The notes under the pieces were generated by a model. The model saw nothing but the letters and a program-made list of their open reading frames with translations, searched no databases and was not told where the DNA came from. From Minisyncoccota bacterium (lineage in GTDB: Bacteria > Patescibacteriota > Minisyncoccia > Phycocordibacterales > PALSA-1337), in assembly GCA_041662725.1 (NCBI GenBank), contig JBAZRX010000001.1:85-64084 (forward strand): a stretch of DNA of 64,000 bases. The letters are read 5' to 3'. The translations under genes and the position numbers were made by a program. How positions within the stretch are numbered: the first letter of the stretch is position 1; each line of letters starts with the position of its first letter. Shown here one piece after another: positions 47,701-57,800 of this stretch.

Positions 47701-49063
47701 TAGAACGCATACACCTATCACCTATCTTAGTGTAACCAGGAGGACAAGATGCTGGTGAAGGTGAAGCTGCTGGTGCTGATGAATACGTAGGAGCAGAAGA
47801 AACCGCTGGAGTAGCTTGTGGTGTACTAACTGGTAACGTTGTTGGTGAAGAGCCTGTAATTAACGAAGTGGCAAATCTTAAAGCGCTTGAGTATGTATTA
47901 CGTATTCTTCCGAAGAAACCAGTTGATGCTGCTGGAGTTGGGGCTGGGGTGGAAACTACTGGACGATTCAATGTAGTAAAAACACCTTCTCTTGTTAACA
48001 CACCAGACCAAGTATAGAAATTATCTAAACCAGTAGTTTGATTAGTAACAGTTTTTCCCCCTACAGTGTAATCAATATCCTTAACTGCCATAAGCAAGTT
48101 AAGGGAAGGATTGTTTGGAGTGAAAGGAAGTGCTTGGTTTGATGATACCTGACCATTCAAAACAACTGTATATGTACCACCATCCCCGATAGTTGCATCA
48201 GACGGAGTCACATATATATTCATAATACTTGCTGTGTATGCATTCTGTTTGTTCCCTGCTGTCGATGTTACATAGGCACCATTTGTCTGTGTTGATGATG
48301 CAAATACAAGAGTGAAGTCTTTAAGGGTAGGTTTAACCATCACTCCTCCAACTGCTTTAGCTTTAAGAGTAATAGTTCCGAATAGAGAGCTTGAGGCTAC
48401 ATCTTTTACACCTGGTGCTGAAAAAATATCAGCACTTACGAATGACCAGTCGACGCGAGGATATGTTGTATTTGACAAAGTACTATTACAAAGACCATTT
48501 CTAGGATAATCAAGACTTAATTCCTTTGTATTTGTCTTAAAATCCATTAAATCTCTAATTTCAACTCTAGCCACCCTTCCACCAACGTTAAAAGTAATAT
48601 CTCTAATTGCCATAAAGAGATTTTGGGCTGAACAAATATCAGGATTATTAGACATAACAGCACCGTAAATTGTTACTGTGTATTCTTCTCCATCATTAAT
48701 CGTAGGTTTATTTGGTGTAACAACAATAGATCTGATGACCCCAGAATAGATAGAATTTGAAGAATCAATACGTTTAAAAGGTTTGTATATTTCCGTACTG
48801 GAAGCAAAAATTAAACTAAAATCGCTAGCCTTTGGCTTAACTATCGTTCCTCCAACCGCTTTAACTTTAAGAGTAATAGTTCCGGTTAGAGAGCTTGAAG
48901 CTACATCTTTTACACCTGGTGTTGAAGCAATATCGGAACTTACGAAGGACCAAGAGGCACGAGGAGAGGTAGCCTGCGCCTCAACTTTCGTTATTTCACC
49001 AGAGAAAACCGCAAACGATAATACTGTTAGCGAAATAAAGAAAGAAAATAATATTTTTTTCAT
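44744..49063 (-). CDS. Large secreted surface protein: duplicated N-terminal domain, S/T/P-rich linkers, Cys-rich CP.GY.C repeats, peptidoglycan-binding domain, Ig-like domains, DUF4214-like C-terminus
   Basis: Signal peptide; repeated [19 protein letters not shown]; [15 protein letters not shown]...[13 protein letters not shown]...G.P.TG..GP.T; [16 protein letters not shown]. Confidence 0.8.
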   Translation of the reverse strand: MKKILFSFFISLTVLSFAVFSGEITKVEAQATSPRASWSFVSSDIASTPGVKDVASSSLTGTITLKVKAVGGTIVKPKASDFSLIFASSTEIYKPFKRIDSSNSIYSGVIRSIVVTPNKPTINDGEEYTVTIYGAVMSNNPDICSAQNLFMAIRDITFNVGGRVARVEIRDLMDFKTNTKELSLDYPRNGLCNSTLSNTTYPRVDWSFVSADIFSAPGVKDVASSSLFGTITLKAKAVGGVMVKPTLKDFTLVFASSTQTNGAYVTSTAGNKQNAYTASIMNIYVTPSDATIGDGGTYTVVLNGQVSSNQALPFTPNNPSLNLLMAVKDIDYTVGGKTVTNQTTGLDNFYTWSGVLTREGVFTTLNRPVVSTPAPTPAASTGFFGRIRNTYSSALRFATSLITGSSPTTLPVSTPQATPAVSSAPTYSSAPAASPSPASCPPGYTKIGDRCMRSISPSPAYVPATTPIPAYSATPRPVSSATPVPTSTYSPTYTPRPTSTPIPTSSYSPTYTPSPTSTYSPTYTPSPSPTSSYYSSPTPSVAPSSTPTPSPASTPTPTPIITPTPSPTPSSTPSPTPTPSTSPTSSSSPTPMPSSSPVSLVPRDTRLVAAVGDALEQSSVLCPVGYICTLPFSCPEGYVCTPLAVQPEGCPTGYVCTVADSSVDSTNSKFKASSGISLCYNFSAIFALENSGLSVGSSGSEVVALQTWLINNGFDIPSISLGNALKGYFGSDTKAAVKAFQTSIGVPSTGVAGPFTLKKINASCNAKAVKAKVDVPAPNRGSVVIVSPNGGEKIAQGESLSVIWDSIDPTQSVDVKLLNSSGQVIPSPIQLNLKPSNKNAQSLGFSTYPSQISVGQYKARVCKAGTDICDDSNDFFSIIPPVSGVQPEISRVAPQPVSVGSLLTIYATGAGRTGNIILTTVDGSKTWSVGYSHDVRTLTGYSLYDGSKLSFTIPSTIGRGVHPDGWWNEPTTSIVDGDYNLYLMSLNAKNEAIKSNTIKVKVSNSAQSSITAPVSSSVFTLSSKIIGTNEGIRVRYSTNSQVDEFDWILSIVCPTGVVASAPTNVNGGLACGVKNKVAPDGFIDVIFKNNTSVVQTVVAKAELLSVKDGKTVIASDEEKLSLPPTYAKVTQSTIKTSAVSLNPTPTQTPSSNYPTFDGTIKAVVYSANEDRAGAWDQFSSGRGYISKDPSDWGWRMEMKINSAGGKSIKSITVLSDNNGEAWSTSAELDSYGRKPYPLVIVIQGSSTQFNDKYYDVLPLGQASYSSQVYMLYGQKESITTWYGGKLIVKFTDGSQAVAVIPVSSIVSSQTTTVKAQSSVITPSPSPTTKPYYSPTPTPTLTPTPTSTISPKQARINDITQLYVTLLKRNPDQAGLDYWVNSGYDISYIKGVLMNTAEYYNLIKPTPTPTPTPNSAPTSVNNSTSGRASVWDSLGEYFAK

Positions 49064-49209
49064 AATTTAAAATAGAGACTAATAATAATTGATAATAATT
49101 TTGATATAAAAAAACAAGTTATAGCATCCGAGATATTTCGGATACTTAGCTAACCAACATAATAACACCATATCTTTATAAAGAACATAGGATAATGTTG
49201 TGGGTAATA

Positions 49210-49242
49210 CAAAAAGAACCTGTGTAAAACAAGTTCTTTTTG
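49210..49242 (-). terminator. Intrinsic terminator after fusA
   Basis: AAAAAGAAC...GTTCTTTTT inverted repeat. Confidence 0.6.
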
Positions 49243-49275
49243 TATTTATATTTTTACTTACTAAATAAAACTTTA

Positions 49276-51420
49276 TTACTTCCTTTTTTCTATTATCTCT
49301 TGAGCCACATTACTTGGTACAACATCATAATGATCAAATTCCATCATGGCACTTCCTTGACCTGAAGTCATAGAACGAAGTTGGGTTGTATAACCGAACA
49401 TCTCTGACAGTGGAACTTTAGCAATAATAGAAATAACTTGGCCTTTTGGTTGACTACCTTCAATCTGACCACGCTTGGAAGCGATAGAACCATTGATATC
49501 ACCCATATATTTCTCTGGAGCCACAACTTCAAGTTTCATTATAGGTTCCAGAATAACAGGTTTAGCACGCTTAGCGGCATCTTGGAAAGCTTGAGAAGCG
49601 GCAATCTTGTAGGCAATTTCAGAAGAGTCAACATCGTGGTATGAACCGAATGTGAGTTCACAAGAAACATTAACCATCTTATAACCAGCTACAATACCGC
49701 GATCCATGGCTTCATGGACACCCTTTTCAACCGCAGGAATAAATTCATTTGGAATTACACCACCTTTGATTGAGTTTATAAACTCAAAATCATCATAGCG
49801 TTTGACATATTTAGGAATCTTTTCCCCTTCTGGCCATGGTTCCATCGGCTTAAGAGTTAGACGAACGTGACCATATTGACCTTTACCACCAGTCTGCTTG
49901 ATATATTTATGTTCAGCTTCAGCAGTACTCTGAATAGTCTCACGATATGCTACTTGTGGTTCACCAACATTAGCTTCCACGCTAAATTCTCGCTTCATAC
50001 GATCAACCATGATTTCCAAATGAAGTTCGCCCATTCCAGAAATAATAGTTTCTCCAGTTTCTTGATTGGATGAAACTCTAAAGGTTGGATCTTCGTTACC
50101 AAGTTTATGAAGTGCTATACCCATTTTTTCTTGATCAGCTTTAGTCTTTGGTTCAATACGCAAAGAAACGACCGGCTCCATAAATTTGATAGTTTCTAGA
50201 ACGATAGGATTTTTTTCATCACAGAAAGTATTGGAAGTAAGAGCATCTTTCAGACCTACCGCAGCGGCGATTTCTCCGGAAAAGACTTTCTTTACTTCTT
50301 CACGGGCATCAGCTTGCAAACGCACAATACGGCCTAAACGCTCTCTTTTTCCAGTAGATGAATTGTAAATATATGTTCCAGCTTCAATAGTTCCTGAATA
50401 AACTCTAAAGAATGTTAATTGTCCAACGAATGGATCGTTCTGTAACTTGAAAGCAAGGGCACAGAAAGGTTCTTCATCTGAAGGATGGCGAAGAATTTCT
50501 TCTCCTGTATTTGGGTCAATACCTTTGACAGCTTCAATATCTAGAGGAGATGGTAAATAATCAACAACCGCATCAAGAATCAATTGAATTCCAACGTTTT
50601 TCAAAGCTGAACCAGTGAAAACTGGAAATATTTCATTTTTAATAACAGCTACACGAGCAATCTTTTTCAAAACATCAACAGAAATTTCTTTACCTTCTAA
50701 ATATTGTTGCATAGCCGTATCATCATGTTCAACTATCTTTTCTACCAACTCTGCATGATACTTCTTGGCATCTTCCAAAAGTTCAGCTGGAATTTCTTTT
50801 TCAACAATATTAACTCCTTTTTCTCCTTCAAAATAATAAGCTTTCATGCGCATAAGATCTACAACACCTACATGGTCACCCTCTGTTCCTATAGGGATTT
50901 GGAATCTAACTGCGCGCTTATTTAATCTTTCAACAATAGATTTGAATGATTTTTCAAAAGAAGCACCCATACGATCCATTTTGTTGATAAAACAAAGACG
51001 TGGCACTTTACTTTCATCAGCGTAACGCCAATTTGTTTCTGATTGAGGTTCTACGCCAGCCACACCGTCAAATACCACAACGGCACCATCTAGAACACGT
51101 AGAGAACGTTTCACTTCCACTGTAAAATCGATGTGTCCTGGAGTATCTATAACGTTAAAACGAGTCTTTTTGGAAAGATCTGTTTTTGGCATATAAGTTG
51201 GATTCCAGAAACAAGTAATGGCCGCAGCTGTAATAGTAATGCCACGCTCCCTTTCCTGTTCCATCCAGTCTGTAGTGGTCTCACCTTCGTGAACTTCTCC
51301 AATTTTATGGATCATTCCAGTATAAAATAGAATACGTTCTGACGTAGTTGTCTTGCCCGCATCAATGTGAGCAATAACTCCAAAGTTTCTAACTTGTGCT
51401 AATGGATAATCGCGATTCAT
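49276..51420 (-). CDS. fusA: Elongation factor G
   Basis: AHIDAGKTT, ERGITI, DTPGHIDF, GMGELHLE, GSYHDVDSS. Confidence 0.98.
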   Translation of the reverse strand: MNRDYPLAQVRNFGVIAHIDAGKTTTSERILFYTGMIHKIGEVHEGETTTDWMEQERERGITITAAAITCFWNPTYMPKTDLSKKTRFNVIDTPGHIDFTVEVKRSLRVLDGAVVVFDGVAGVEPQSETNWRYADESKVPRLCFINKMDRMGASFEKSFKSIVERLNKRAVRFQIPIGTEGDHVGVVDLMRMKAYYFEGEKGVNIVEKEIPAELLEDAKKYHAELVEKIVEHDDTAMQQYLEGKEISVDVLKKIARVAVIKNEIFPVFTGSALKNVGIQLILDAVVDYLPSPLDIEAVKGIDPNTGEEILRHPSDEEPFCALAFKLQNDPFVGQLTFFRVYSGTIEAGTYIYNSSTGKRERLGRIVRLQADAREEVKKVFSGEIAAAVGLKDALTSNTFCDEKNPIVLETIKFMEPVVSLRIEPKTKADQEKMGIALHKLGNEDPTFRVSSNQETGETIISGMGELHLEIMVDRMKREFSVEANVGEPQVAYRETIQSTAEAEHKYIKQTGGKGQYGHVRLTLKPMEPWPEGEKIPKYVKRYDDFEFINSIKGGVIPNEFIPAVEKGVHEAMDRGIVAGYKMVNVSCELTFGSYHDVDSSEIAYKIAASQAFQDAAKRAKPVILEPIMKLEVVAPEKYMGDINGSIASKRGQIEGSQPKGQVISIIAKVPLSEMFGYTTQLRSMTSGQGSAMMEFDHYDVVPSNVAQEIIEKRK

Positions 51421-51461
51421 GTTTATATTTGAATTTAAGATTTAATTTTTAAGATTGTATT

Positions 51462-51932
51462 TTACCATGCAAAGTGTGCAAAAGCTTTGTTAGCTTCAGC
51501 CATCTTGTGGACATTCTCGCGTTTCTTAACAGCTTCACCTTCATTTTTGGAAGCAGAAATAATTTCATCGGCTAATTTCATATATATCGGAGCTCCCTTT
51601 TTAGAACGGGCGGCTTCAATAATCCACTTCATAGATAAAGCTTGTTTGCGTTCTGGACGGACTTCACGAGGAACCTGGTAGTTTGCTCCACCCACACGAC
51701 GTGAGCGTACTTCCATAGCAGGAGAGGTATTTTTCAAAGCCGCTTCAAATACTTCTAATGGATTCTCTACTTTGGCCTTTTCTTTAATAGCATTCATACA
51801 ATCTGCAACAATGCCACGTGCGATATTCTTCTTACCAGACTCCATAATGTAATTTGTAAACTTGGATAGCTTCAAAGAACTGTAGGTAATATCTGGCTTT
51901 AAATCTCTTTTTATGTTTAGTTTTCTTCTCAT
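51462..51932 (-). CDS. rpsG: 30S ribosomal protein uS7
   Basis: EVRSRRVGGANYQVP, HKMAEANKAFAHF. Confidence 0.97.
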   Translation of the reverse strand: MRRKLNIKRDLKPDITYSSLKLSKFTNYIMESGKKNIARGIVADCMNAIKEKAKVENPLEVFEAALKNTSPAMEVRSRRVGGANYQVPREVRPERKQALSMKWIIEAARSKKGAPIYMKLADEIISASKNEGEAVKKRENVHKMAEANKAFAHFAW

Positions 51933-51943
51933 GGTATTTTAAA

Positions 51944-52360
51944 TTATTTAGCAGCTTTCGGCCTTTTATTACCATATTGACTACGACCTTTTCTCCTTGC
52001 TTCAACACCTGCACAGTCCAAAACTCCACGAACAATAGAATAACGTAATCCTACATCCTTAACACGACCTCCACGAAGAAGGACTACTGCGTGTTCTTGC
52101 AAGTTATGACCCATTCCTGGAACATAAGCTGTTACTTCCATACCATTAGTAAGTCTTACACGGGCAATCTTACGAATAGCCGAGTTAGGTTTCTTTGGAG
52201 TTTTTGTAGTAACTTTAGTGCAAACTCCGCGTTTAAATGGAGCCGGAAAGAATATTGGACGATTTTTGATCGTATTGAAAGTACGAGTCAAAGCTATAGA
52301 TTTAGATTTTCTCTTAAAAAGTTTTCGATTCTTTTTGGTTAATTGATTGATTGTTGGCAT
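51944..52360 (-). CDS. rpsL: 30S ribosomal protein uS12
   Basis: [35 protein letters not shown]. Confidence 0.97.
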   Translation of the reverse strand: MPTINQLTKKNRKLFKRKSKSIALTRTFNTIKNRPIFFPAPFKRGVCTKVTTKTPKKPNSAIRKIARVRLTNGMEVTAYVPGMGHNLQEHAVVLLRGGRVKDVGLRYSIVRGVLDCAGVEARRKGRSQYGNKRPKAAK

Positions 52361-52380
52361 ATTTTAATAATATTTTTTAT

Positions 52381-52487
52381 AACGAATCTACAAATTATGC
52401 GAATGACTACAAATCTACAAATATTTGCAAACATTATGTTTCATTTGCATATTCGTAGCCCATTCGCATAATTCGTTAATTCGTAGT
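52381..52487. repeat. Family B 8-mer inverted-repeat element in the rpsL leader
   Basis: ACGAATCTACAAATTATGCGAATG ... CATTCGCATAATTCGTT. Confidence 0.8.
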
Positions 52488-52869
52488 TGGCAATTATGAA
52501 TTCTTCACCGTTTTTGGTTTGAGTATGTCTTTCAACTTAGCCTTGCAATCTAGGCCTTGTTATAGACAAATACCATAACGATTACTCATTTTTGCCTTAA
52601 TAAATGTACAATCTCTAATGAAAGAGACAGTGGGGGTACAGTAACATAAAAGAAATCATGGTGCAATGAATCGCAAGAATCTATTTTATCAAAATGGTAA
52701 AAAAGATTGGTGACGCTTATTTACAAGGTTTTAATTTTGCCATGAATGAATCATAAGCCTATGCTGTTATTAAATTTGATGTAGATTTCCAACACTAACC
52801 AGAACCAATTAACAGGTAAAAAGAAAGAGCAAGTTGTTAGCTTGCTCTTTATGAAAATCCGGTCTCGGA

Positions 52870-53580
52870 TTATTTAGGAATAATTCCTGCCGCTTTTTCC
52901 GCCGCGACGATTTGTGCCGGTGTAAATGGAACGTTGGTATAATTCCAAATGATACCAAACTTCTGTTCGATTTCGACTTTGTTTTCGGCGTCGGTTTTCA
53001 CACGTTCATTCTTCGGACGAGGTTTAGTTCGACCACATTTCTTGCAGAACTTACCCATAGCTCCAGTGCCAGCAACTCCACCGTGAATCATTCCTCGCTC
53101 ATACTTATGCCTACATTTTGTGGCACAGGCATTGCAGGTTAACCACTCACATTCTAAACAGCTGATCATTTGAGCTTGGCAGTGCTTACAAAATCCGAGA
53201 GTGATGACAATTGACTTTACACCGTCAACATCGGAGGTATTCAAGAAAATCGGACTGCATCCTCCAAAGTAGCAGGAATCTCGCAAACCGCAAATTACAC
53301 TCTTGTCGCCGTTGGTTGTTCCTTTGAGAGTAAGACGAACACCACCCACCATAACTGTATCCTCAATAGTTACGTTGTTTTTAACTTGTGTTCGTGGTTT
53401 GACCGTCGATCCAAAATACAAGTTAATTTTGCAGTAATTGCCATCATCCTCTCGATTTCCGTAGATGAACTTGTCGCCTTTTTTCAATATTGGGATGAGA
53501 TGAGTAAACAGCTCGTGCTCATCTTTTTCAACGGGTACCAATGTTAACGTGGCTACTTTATCGTTACGAATAACTTTCAT
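52870..53580 (-). CDS. Hypothetical Cys-rich protein
   Basis: CKHC, CLEC, CNAC, CRH, CKKC; own hairpin terminator at about 52824-52850. Confidence 0.6.
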   Translation of the reverse strand: MKVIRNDKVATLTLVPVEKDEHELFTHLIPILKKGDKFIYGNREDDGNYCKINLYFGSTVKPRTQVKNNVTIEDTVMVGGVRLTLKGTTNGDKSVICGLRDSCYFGGCSPIFLNTSDVDGVKSIVITLGFCKHCQAQMISCLECEWLTCNACATKCRHKYERGMIHGGVAGTGAMGKFCKKCGRTKPRPKNERVKTDAENKVEIEQKFGIIWNYTNVPFTPAQIVAAEKAAGIIPK

Positions 53581-53776
53581 TATTTATTTTCCTTTCAAGT
53601 TACATAGCGCATATTTTATGCACTATTGGTTTAATCCACCATAACAGTATCTTTTTATAGTATGCAACTTATTGTATTATCTGTCAATTTAATTCCTGCA
53701 CTTATTTAATTGATAAGTGTAATATGTATGCGAACTTAGTTACGAGTAAAAAATATACGATACAGAACGTGAGCAA

Positions 53777-54385
53777 TTAAGCTCCAATTCCTGTAATCAA
53801 TTTAAACACCCATGGAATTATTGGTGAGATAATCTGCCAAAGAAAAACTACTAAAATAACTATAAAAATAGGAGCATACATTTCCATAGTCATACGAATA
53901 CGTCCGTATTGTTGAGGTAACCAAGCAAATAATAATTTTGAACCATCAAGTGGTGGTAAAGGAATAAGATTAAAAATAGCGAGAACGATATTAATGACCA
54001 CAATATACGATGCAATTTCTACAAATGATGTAATAGTTGTAGCACCTGCAATAGAAAAACGAATGATTATCCCGAAGATAATGGCAATTAAAAGATTAGA
54101 AGCTGGACCAGCTAAAGCAATTAAAAATTCTCCCTGGCGCTTATTCTTTAAGTTATACGGATTAAATTCAACAGGTTTAGCCCAGCCAAAGGTGAAACCA
54201 GCTAAAGAAGTTACTAATGGTACTAAAATAGAGCCAACAGGATCAATATGCTTCAAAGGATTCAGGGTTAATCTTCCCTGTAATCGTGCTGTTGGGTCTC
54301 CTAAACGATCAGCCATAAAGCCATGAGAGACTTCGTGAATAATGACTGAGAATATAAGTATTATGATAGAAAATGTTGTTAACAT
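53777..54385 (-). CDS. Site-2 protease (M50) family protein
   Basis: HEVSH, AGPASN, FNLIPLPPLDGSK. Confidence 0.93.
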   Translation of the reverse strand: MLTTFSIIILIFSVIIHEVSHGFMADRLGDPTARLQGRLTLNPLKHIDPVGSILVPLVTSLAGFTFGWAKPVEFNPYNLKNKRQGEFLIALAGPASNLLIAIIFGIIIRFSIAGATTITSFVEIASYIVVINIVLAIFNLIPLPPLDGSKLLFAWLPQQYGRIRMTMEMYAPIFIVILVVFLWQIISPIIPWVFKLITGIGA

Positions 54386-54456
54386 TGGATTAATGGAAAA
54401 GGCATTTTTTGCCTTTTACATTTGTCTATGTTACCATACTTCCCACTAATACTTTT

Positions 54457-54699
54457 ATGTCAAAAATCTGTCAAATAACAAAAAGAGGTTCAATTGTTGG
54501 TGGTCGTTACTCCAACCGTACTCGTGCTACACAATTCAATCCTTGTGGAGCCATTCGCAAATATCCAAATCTTCAAAAGAAGCGAATTTACGTTCCTGAA
54601 TTAAAGAAAACTGTAATTCTAAATATTTCTACTAGAGCACTTCGTACTATTGAGAAAAACGGTGCTTTCAAAACACTAAAGAAAGCGGGGTTAATATAA
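54457..54699 (+). CDS. rpmB: 50S ribosomal protein bL28
   Basis: MSKICQIT.R....G..YSN.......PNLQKK.......L.ISTRALRTI. Confidence 0.9.
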   Translation: MSKICQITKRGSIVGGRYSNRTRATQFNPCGAIRKYPNLQKKRIYVPELKKTVILNISTRALRTIEKNGAFKTLKKAGLI

Positions 54700-55668
54700 C
54701 ACGTCCGACCTCCCAGAAATATCGGCGACGCTGACTCCAATACCATCTGAAGTTATTTTAATAGCTCCCCTCTCTTTTAAGTTAAACCTATTTTCATCAA
54801 GAACATAACCTAATGGATCTTTAATTTCCTTTTTCTTTAAAGATGCTGTTTTTGAGTCTTTAACCGATTTGGTTGAGGTATTTCTAATCAATTTTGAATA
54901 AATCAAATACTTTGGTCGTAATTTATCCATTAATACTGGAGATATGTTCACCGGTAAAGCACTATGTGAAACGATTAGAATATCCGTAGTAATCTCATTC
55001 GTTTTGGTTGTTTCGTCAATAATCGGCGATGTTGAAGCAATGAATTTCTGCACCTTATTTGAAGCGTTTCCGAGAAATGTTACTGAGGTGGCGCCTAGAG
55101 AAATGCTAAAGAGTATCTCTGGAGCACTAGCTTTGGAATATGCAAACCTATCTTGATGTACAGGAAAAAATACATGTAAATCAGTTTTATTATCTAAATG
55201 AATATTGTCTCCAGCTATTAATTCTTGAGTTTTGATAACTTCACGCTGTAAAGTATCAGTAAATGTGGAAAATATCTGATCTGATGAACTAGCAATTCCG
55301 AGAACTTCTAAATTAATTCCTGAAATATAAGCTTCGCTCACATCGTATCTCTCAATAATATCAATAAGACCAGAAATATTTTTACCTTCAGTATTAGTAG
55401 CGATAATCTTATCAATGCGCCGTGAATAAAAAGGTAGAATATCTGTAAGCTTACGAACAATTTCTGAATTTGATCCACCGTCAATCAAAACCCTTTTATC
55501 TTCTGGGGTACGAATAAACATGGAGCGTCCGCTTGAAAGTACAAAAACATATATTTCTAGAATTGGTGGTCGTGCTTCAATCTTCCAAATATACGCACCA
55601 AGACTACTCGCTACAGCGGTAGTTGCAGCAACAACAAGAAGTGGTTTAGATATACTTTTAATACTCAT
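54691..55668 (-). CDS. Stand-alone ComEC-type MBL-fold domain protein with degenerate metal ligands
   Basis: IRTP...VLIDGG, LPFYSRRID.IIATNTEGKNISGL (vs THPDADH.GGL), DILIVSH; N-terminal anchor. Confidence 0.75.
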   Translation of the reverse strand: MSIKSISKPLLVVAATTAVASSLGAYIWKIEARPPILEIYVFVLSSGRSMFIRTPEDKRVLIDGGSNSEIVRKLTDILPFYSRRIDKIIATNTEGKNISGLIDIIERYDVSEAYISGINLEVLGIASSSDQIFSTFTDTLQREVIKTQELIAGDNIHLDNKTDLHVFFPVHQDRFAYSKASAPEILFSISLGATSVTFLGNASNKVQKFIASTSPIIDETTKTNEITTDILIVSHSALPVNISPVLMDKLRPKYLIYSKLIRNTSTKSVKDSKTASLKKKEIKDPLGYVLDENRFNLKERGAIKITSDGIGVSVADISGRSDVLY

Positions 55669-55674
55669 ACCGCA

Positions 55675-55738
55675 AGTATACTCACGCGAGATAAAATCCT
55701 GATAAAGAAACGATAAAGATTTGATAAAGATTTGATAG
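55675..55738 (-). promoter_or_regulatory. -10 TATACT preceded by 11-bp-period TCTTTATC direct repeats
   Basis: GATAAA at 55690, 55701, 55712, 55723 and partial at 55734; near-copy at 57745-57800. Confidence 0.7.
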
Positions 55739-55823
55739 TCGCTTCGCTCGTCAGAATAAAGATGATTCAGTTTTCTTAAATTAGACGTATAATAAGCAAA
55801 TACTAATAATCAATAAATAAGCC

Positions 55824-56435
55824 ATGAAAACATTTGAGACTAAAACATATAAAATACCAGTTCTAAAAGGCCTTTCACAAAAAAGTATAGACGAACACTT
55901 GAAGCTTTATGCTGGTTATGTGAAAAATTCAAATCTCGTTTTAGAAAAAATAGAAGAATTGAAAAAAGAACCAGAGAAAAATGCATATGCCTTAAGCGAA
56001 ATTAGCCGTAGATTCGGCTTCGAATATAACGGCATGCGTAATCATGAAATTTACTTCGCTTCACTTGAGGGTGGTGCAAATGCAATAAAAGAAAAAAGTC
56101 CTCTCTATCAGGCTATTACTGAAAACTGGGGTTCATTTGAAGCTTGGCTAAGTGAGTTTAAAGCTATTGCCATGACTAGAGGTATTGGCTGGGCAATGCT
56201 TTATTATGATTACAAAAACTCACGACTACTTAATGCGTGGGTTGATGAGCATCATATTGGTCAACTAAATGGCTGTGAACTGATTCTTGGACTAGATATG
56301 TGGGAACATTCCTTTGTCTTAGACTACTTACCTTCAGGAAAGAAAAATTATATTGAAGATTTCTTTGTAAATCTCAATTGGCGCGTAGTAGAAGAGAATT
56401 TTCTGGTAAAAAACAATATCGCAAATAATATATAA
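55824..56435 (+). CDS. sod: Fe/Mn superoxide dismutase family protein
   Basis: H.KLYAGYV, NHEIYF, GIGWA, DMWEHSF..DY; 3' end overlaps the comEC 3' end by 88 bp. Confidence 0.88.
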   Translation: MKTFETKTYKIPVLKGLSQKSIDEHLKLYAGYVKNSNLVLEKIEELKKEPEKNAYALSEISRRFGFEYNGMRNHEIYFASLEGGANAIKEKSPLYQAITENWGSFEAWLSEFKAIAMTRGIGWAMLYYDYKNSRLLNAWVDEHHIGQLNGCELILGLDMWEHSFVLDYLPSGKKNYIEDFFVNLNWRVVEENFLVKNNIANNI

Positions 56436-57736
56436 AAACCAACTACCCACCAACCAGAAAAAACTGGTATATTAACAGCCGCAAAAGGCAATTGCGCAAA
56501 TTTTTGTACCATAAATAACTCATATGAAAGTAAAAAATGTGTAATCCAACCAAAAACTTGAGCAAAAGGTAAATAAACCATACCAATTAATCCTGTAATA
56601 AAAACAAAAAACATCGTAACAGGAATAAAAGGTAAAACTAAAATATTTACAACTACTCCAATAATAGAAAGCTGGCCCATTGTATATAAAATATATGGCG
56701 AAACAAATATTTGTGTAGCAATCGTTGCCGCCACTATGCCACGAATACCAAATTTTTCTGGAATAAATATTAAATATTTTTCTACAGGTGAAGCCAGAAC
56801 AATCAAACCTAAAGTAGCTAAAAACGATAATTGAAATGATGGATCATAAAAAAGAATCATTGGATTTTGAATAAGCATAATGAGGCCAGCAAAAATCAAT
56901 GCACGAGTAACGTTGTAATCCCGACGAATCAAATCTGCCGAAAGAGCCACGCCAGCCATAAAACAAGAACGAATCACTGTGGCTCCACCACCAACCATTA
57001 TTCCAAATGCGGCTATACCTAGGCCTCCTATAGCTATTCCCCAAATACGTGGCAGAAACAATAAAATCCTTCTCATAGCATCACCAACAATAGTGATGTT
57101 ATAACCAGAAAGTACTACAATATGAATTAGTCCTACTGTACGAAAATCATTCAGTAAATCTTTACCTAAAGCAGCTTTCTCTCCCACCACAAGTCCTGAA
57201 GCTAAAGCCGCATGTGGTTCACCTAAAGTTTTTTCTAAACTATTTACAAATTTTCTTTTAAGAAAATACAACCAATAATTAATATTTGATTTCTGTCCAC
57301 CAGCTGATAAATTGGGATCTAAAATTCCAACTGTCGCACTTTTCATTTCAAAATAAATATCATTTTTAGCTAAATACCCTTTATAATTGAAAGATCTACC
57401 ATCACTACTATCAAAATTAATTGGTTGTAATAATTTTCCAGTAAACGAAATGCGATCATTAAAAATAAACTTCGGATAAAGTTTTGTCTTCATACGAATA
57501 AGAAAGTTTGCACCACATGATTTAGAAGTGCTTGCAATACTCAAAGATTCAACCGAAACAACCAGAACCTGTCCTGTTTCTTTGCGTTCTGGTTCAGAAT
57601 TAACAACACCAATACCATTTACAACTTGTTTTACACAAGAATCAACAGATGGTGGCTCTATATCAAAAGATTGCCATACACGAAATACAGCCGCCGCAAT
57701 AAAAATACTCCAAAAGATAAAAATCCCTCGCTTCAT
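56348..57736 (-). CDS. comEC: ComEC/Rec2 membrane competence domain protein (OB/DUF4131 + Competence)
   Basis: GLIHIVVLSGYNI, IRSCFM, NP...YDPSFQLSFLAT, N.LVLP. Confidence 0.92.
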   Translation of the reverse strand: MKRGIFIFWSIFIAAAVFRVWQSFDIEPPSVDSCVKQVVNGIGVVNSEPERKETGQVLVVSVESLSIASTSKSCGANFLIRMKTKLYPKFIFNDRISFTGKLLQPINFDSSDGRSFNYKGYLAKNDIYFEMKSATVGILDPNLSAGGQKSNINYWLYFLKRKFVNSLEKTLGEPHAALASGLVVGEKAALGKDLLNDFRTVGLIHIVVLSGYNITIVGDAMRRILLFLPRIWGIAIGGLGIAAFGIMVGGGATVIRSCFMAGVALSADLIRRDYNVTRALIFAGLIMLIQNPMILFYDPSFQLSFLATLGLIVLASPVEKYLIFIPEKFGIRGIVAATIATQIFVSPYILYTMGQLSIIGVVVNILVLPFIPVTMFFVFITGLIGMVYLPFAQVFGWITHFLLSYELFMVQKFAQLPFAAVNIPVFSGWWVVGFYILFAILFFTRKFSSTTRQLRFTKKSSI

Positions 57737-57744
57737 GAGCAATC

Positions 57745-57800
57745 ATTTTACTCAGAAGAGATAAATTCCTGATAAAGAAGTAATAAAGATTTGATAAAGA
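57745..57800 (-). promoter_or_regulatory. -10 TAAAAT preceded by 11-bp-period TCTTTATC direct repeats (comEC promoter)
   Basis: GATAAA/AATAAA at 57760, 57771, 57782, 57793. Confidence 0.7.
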
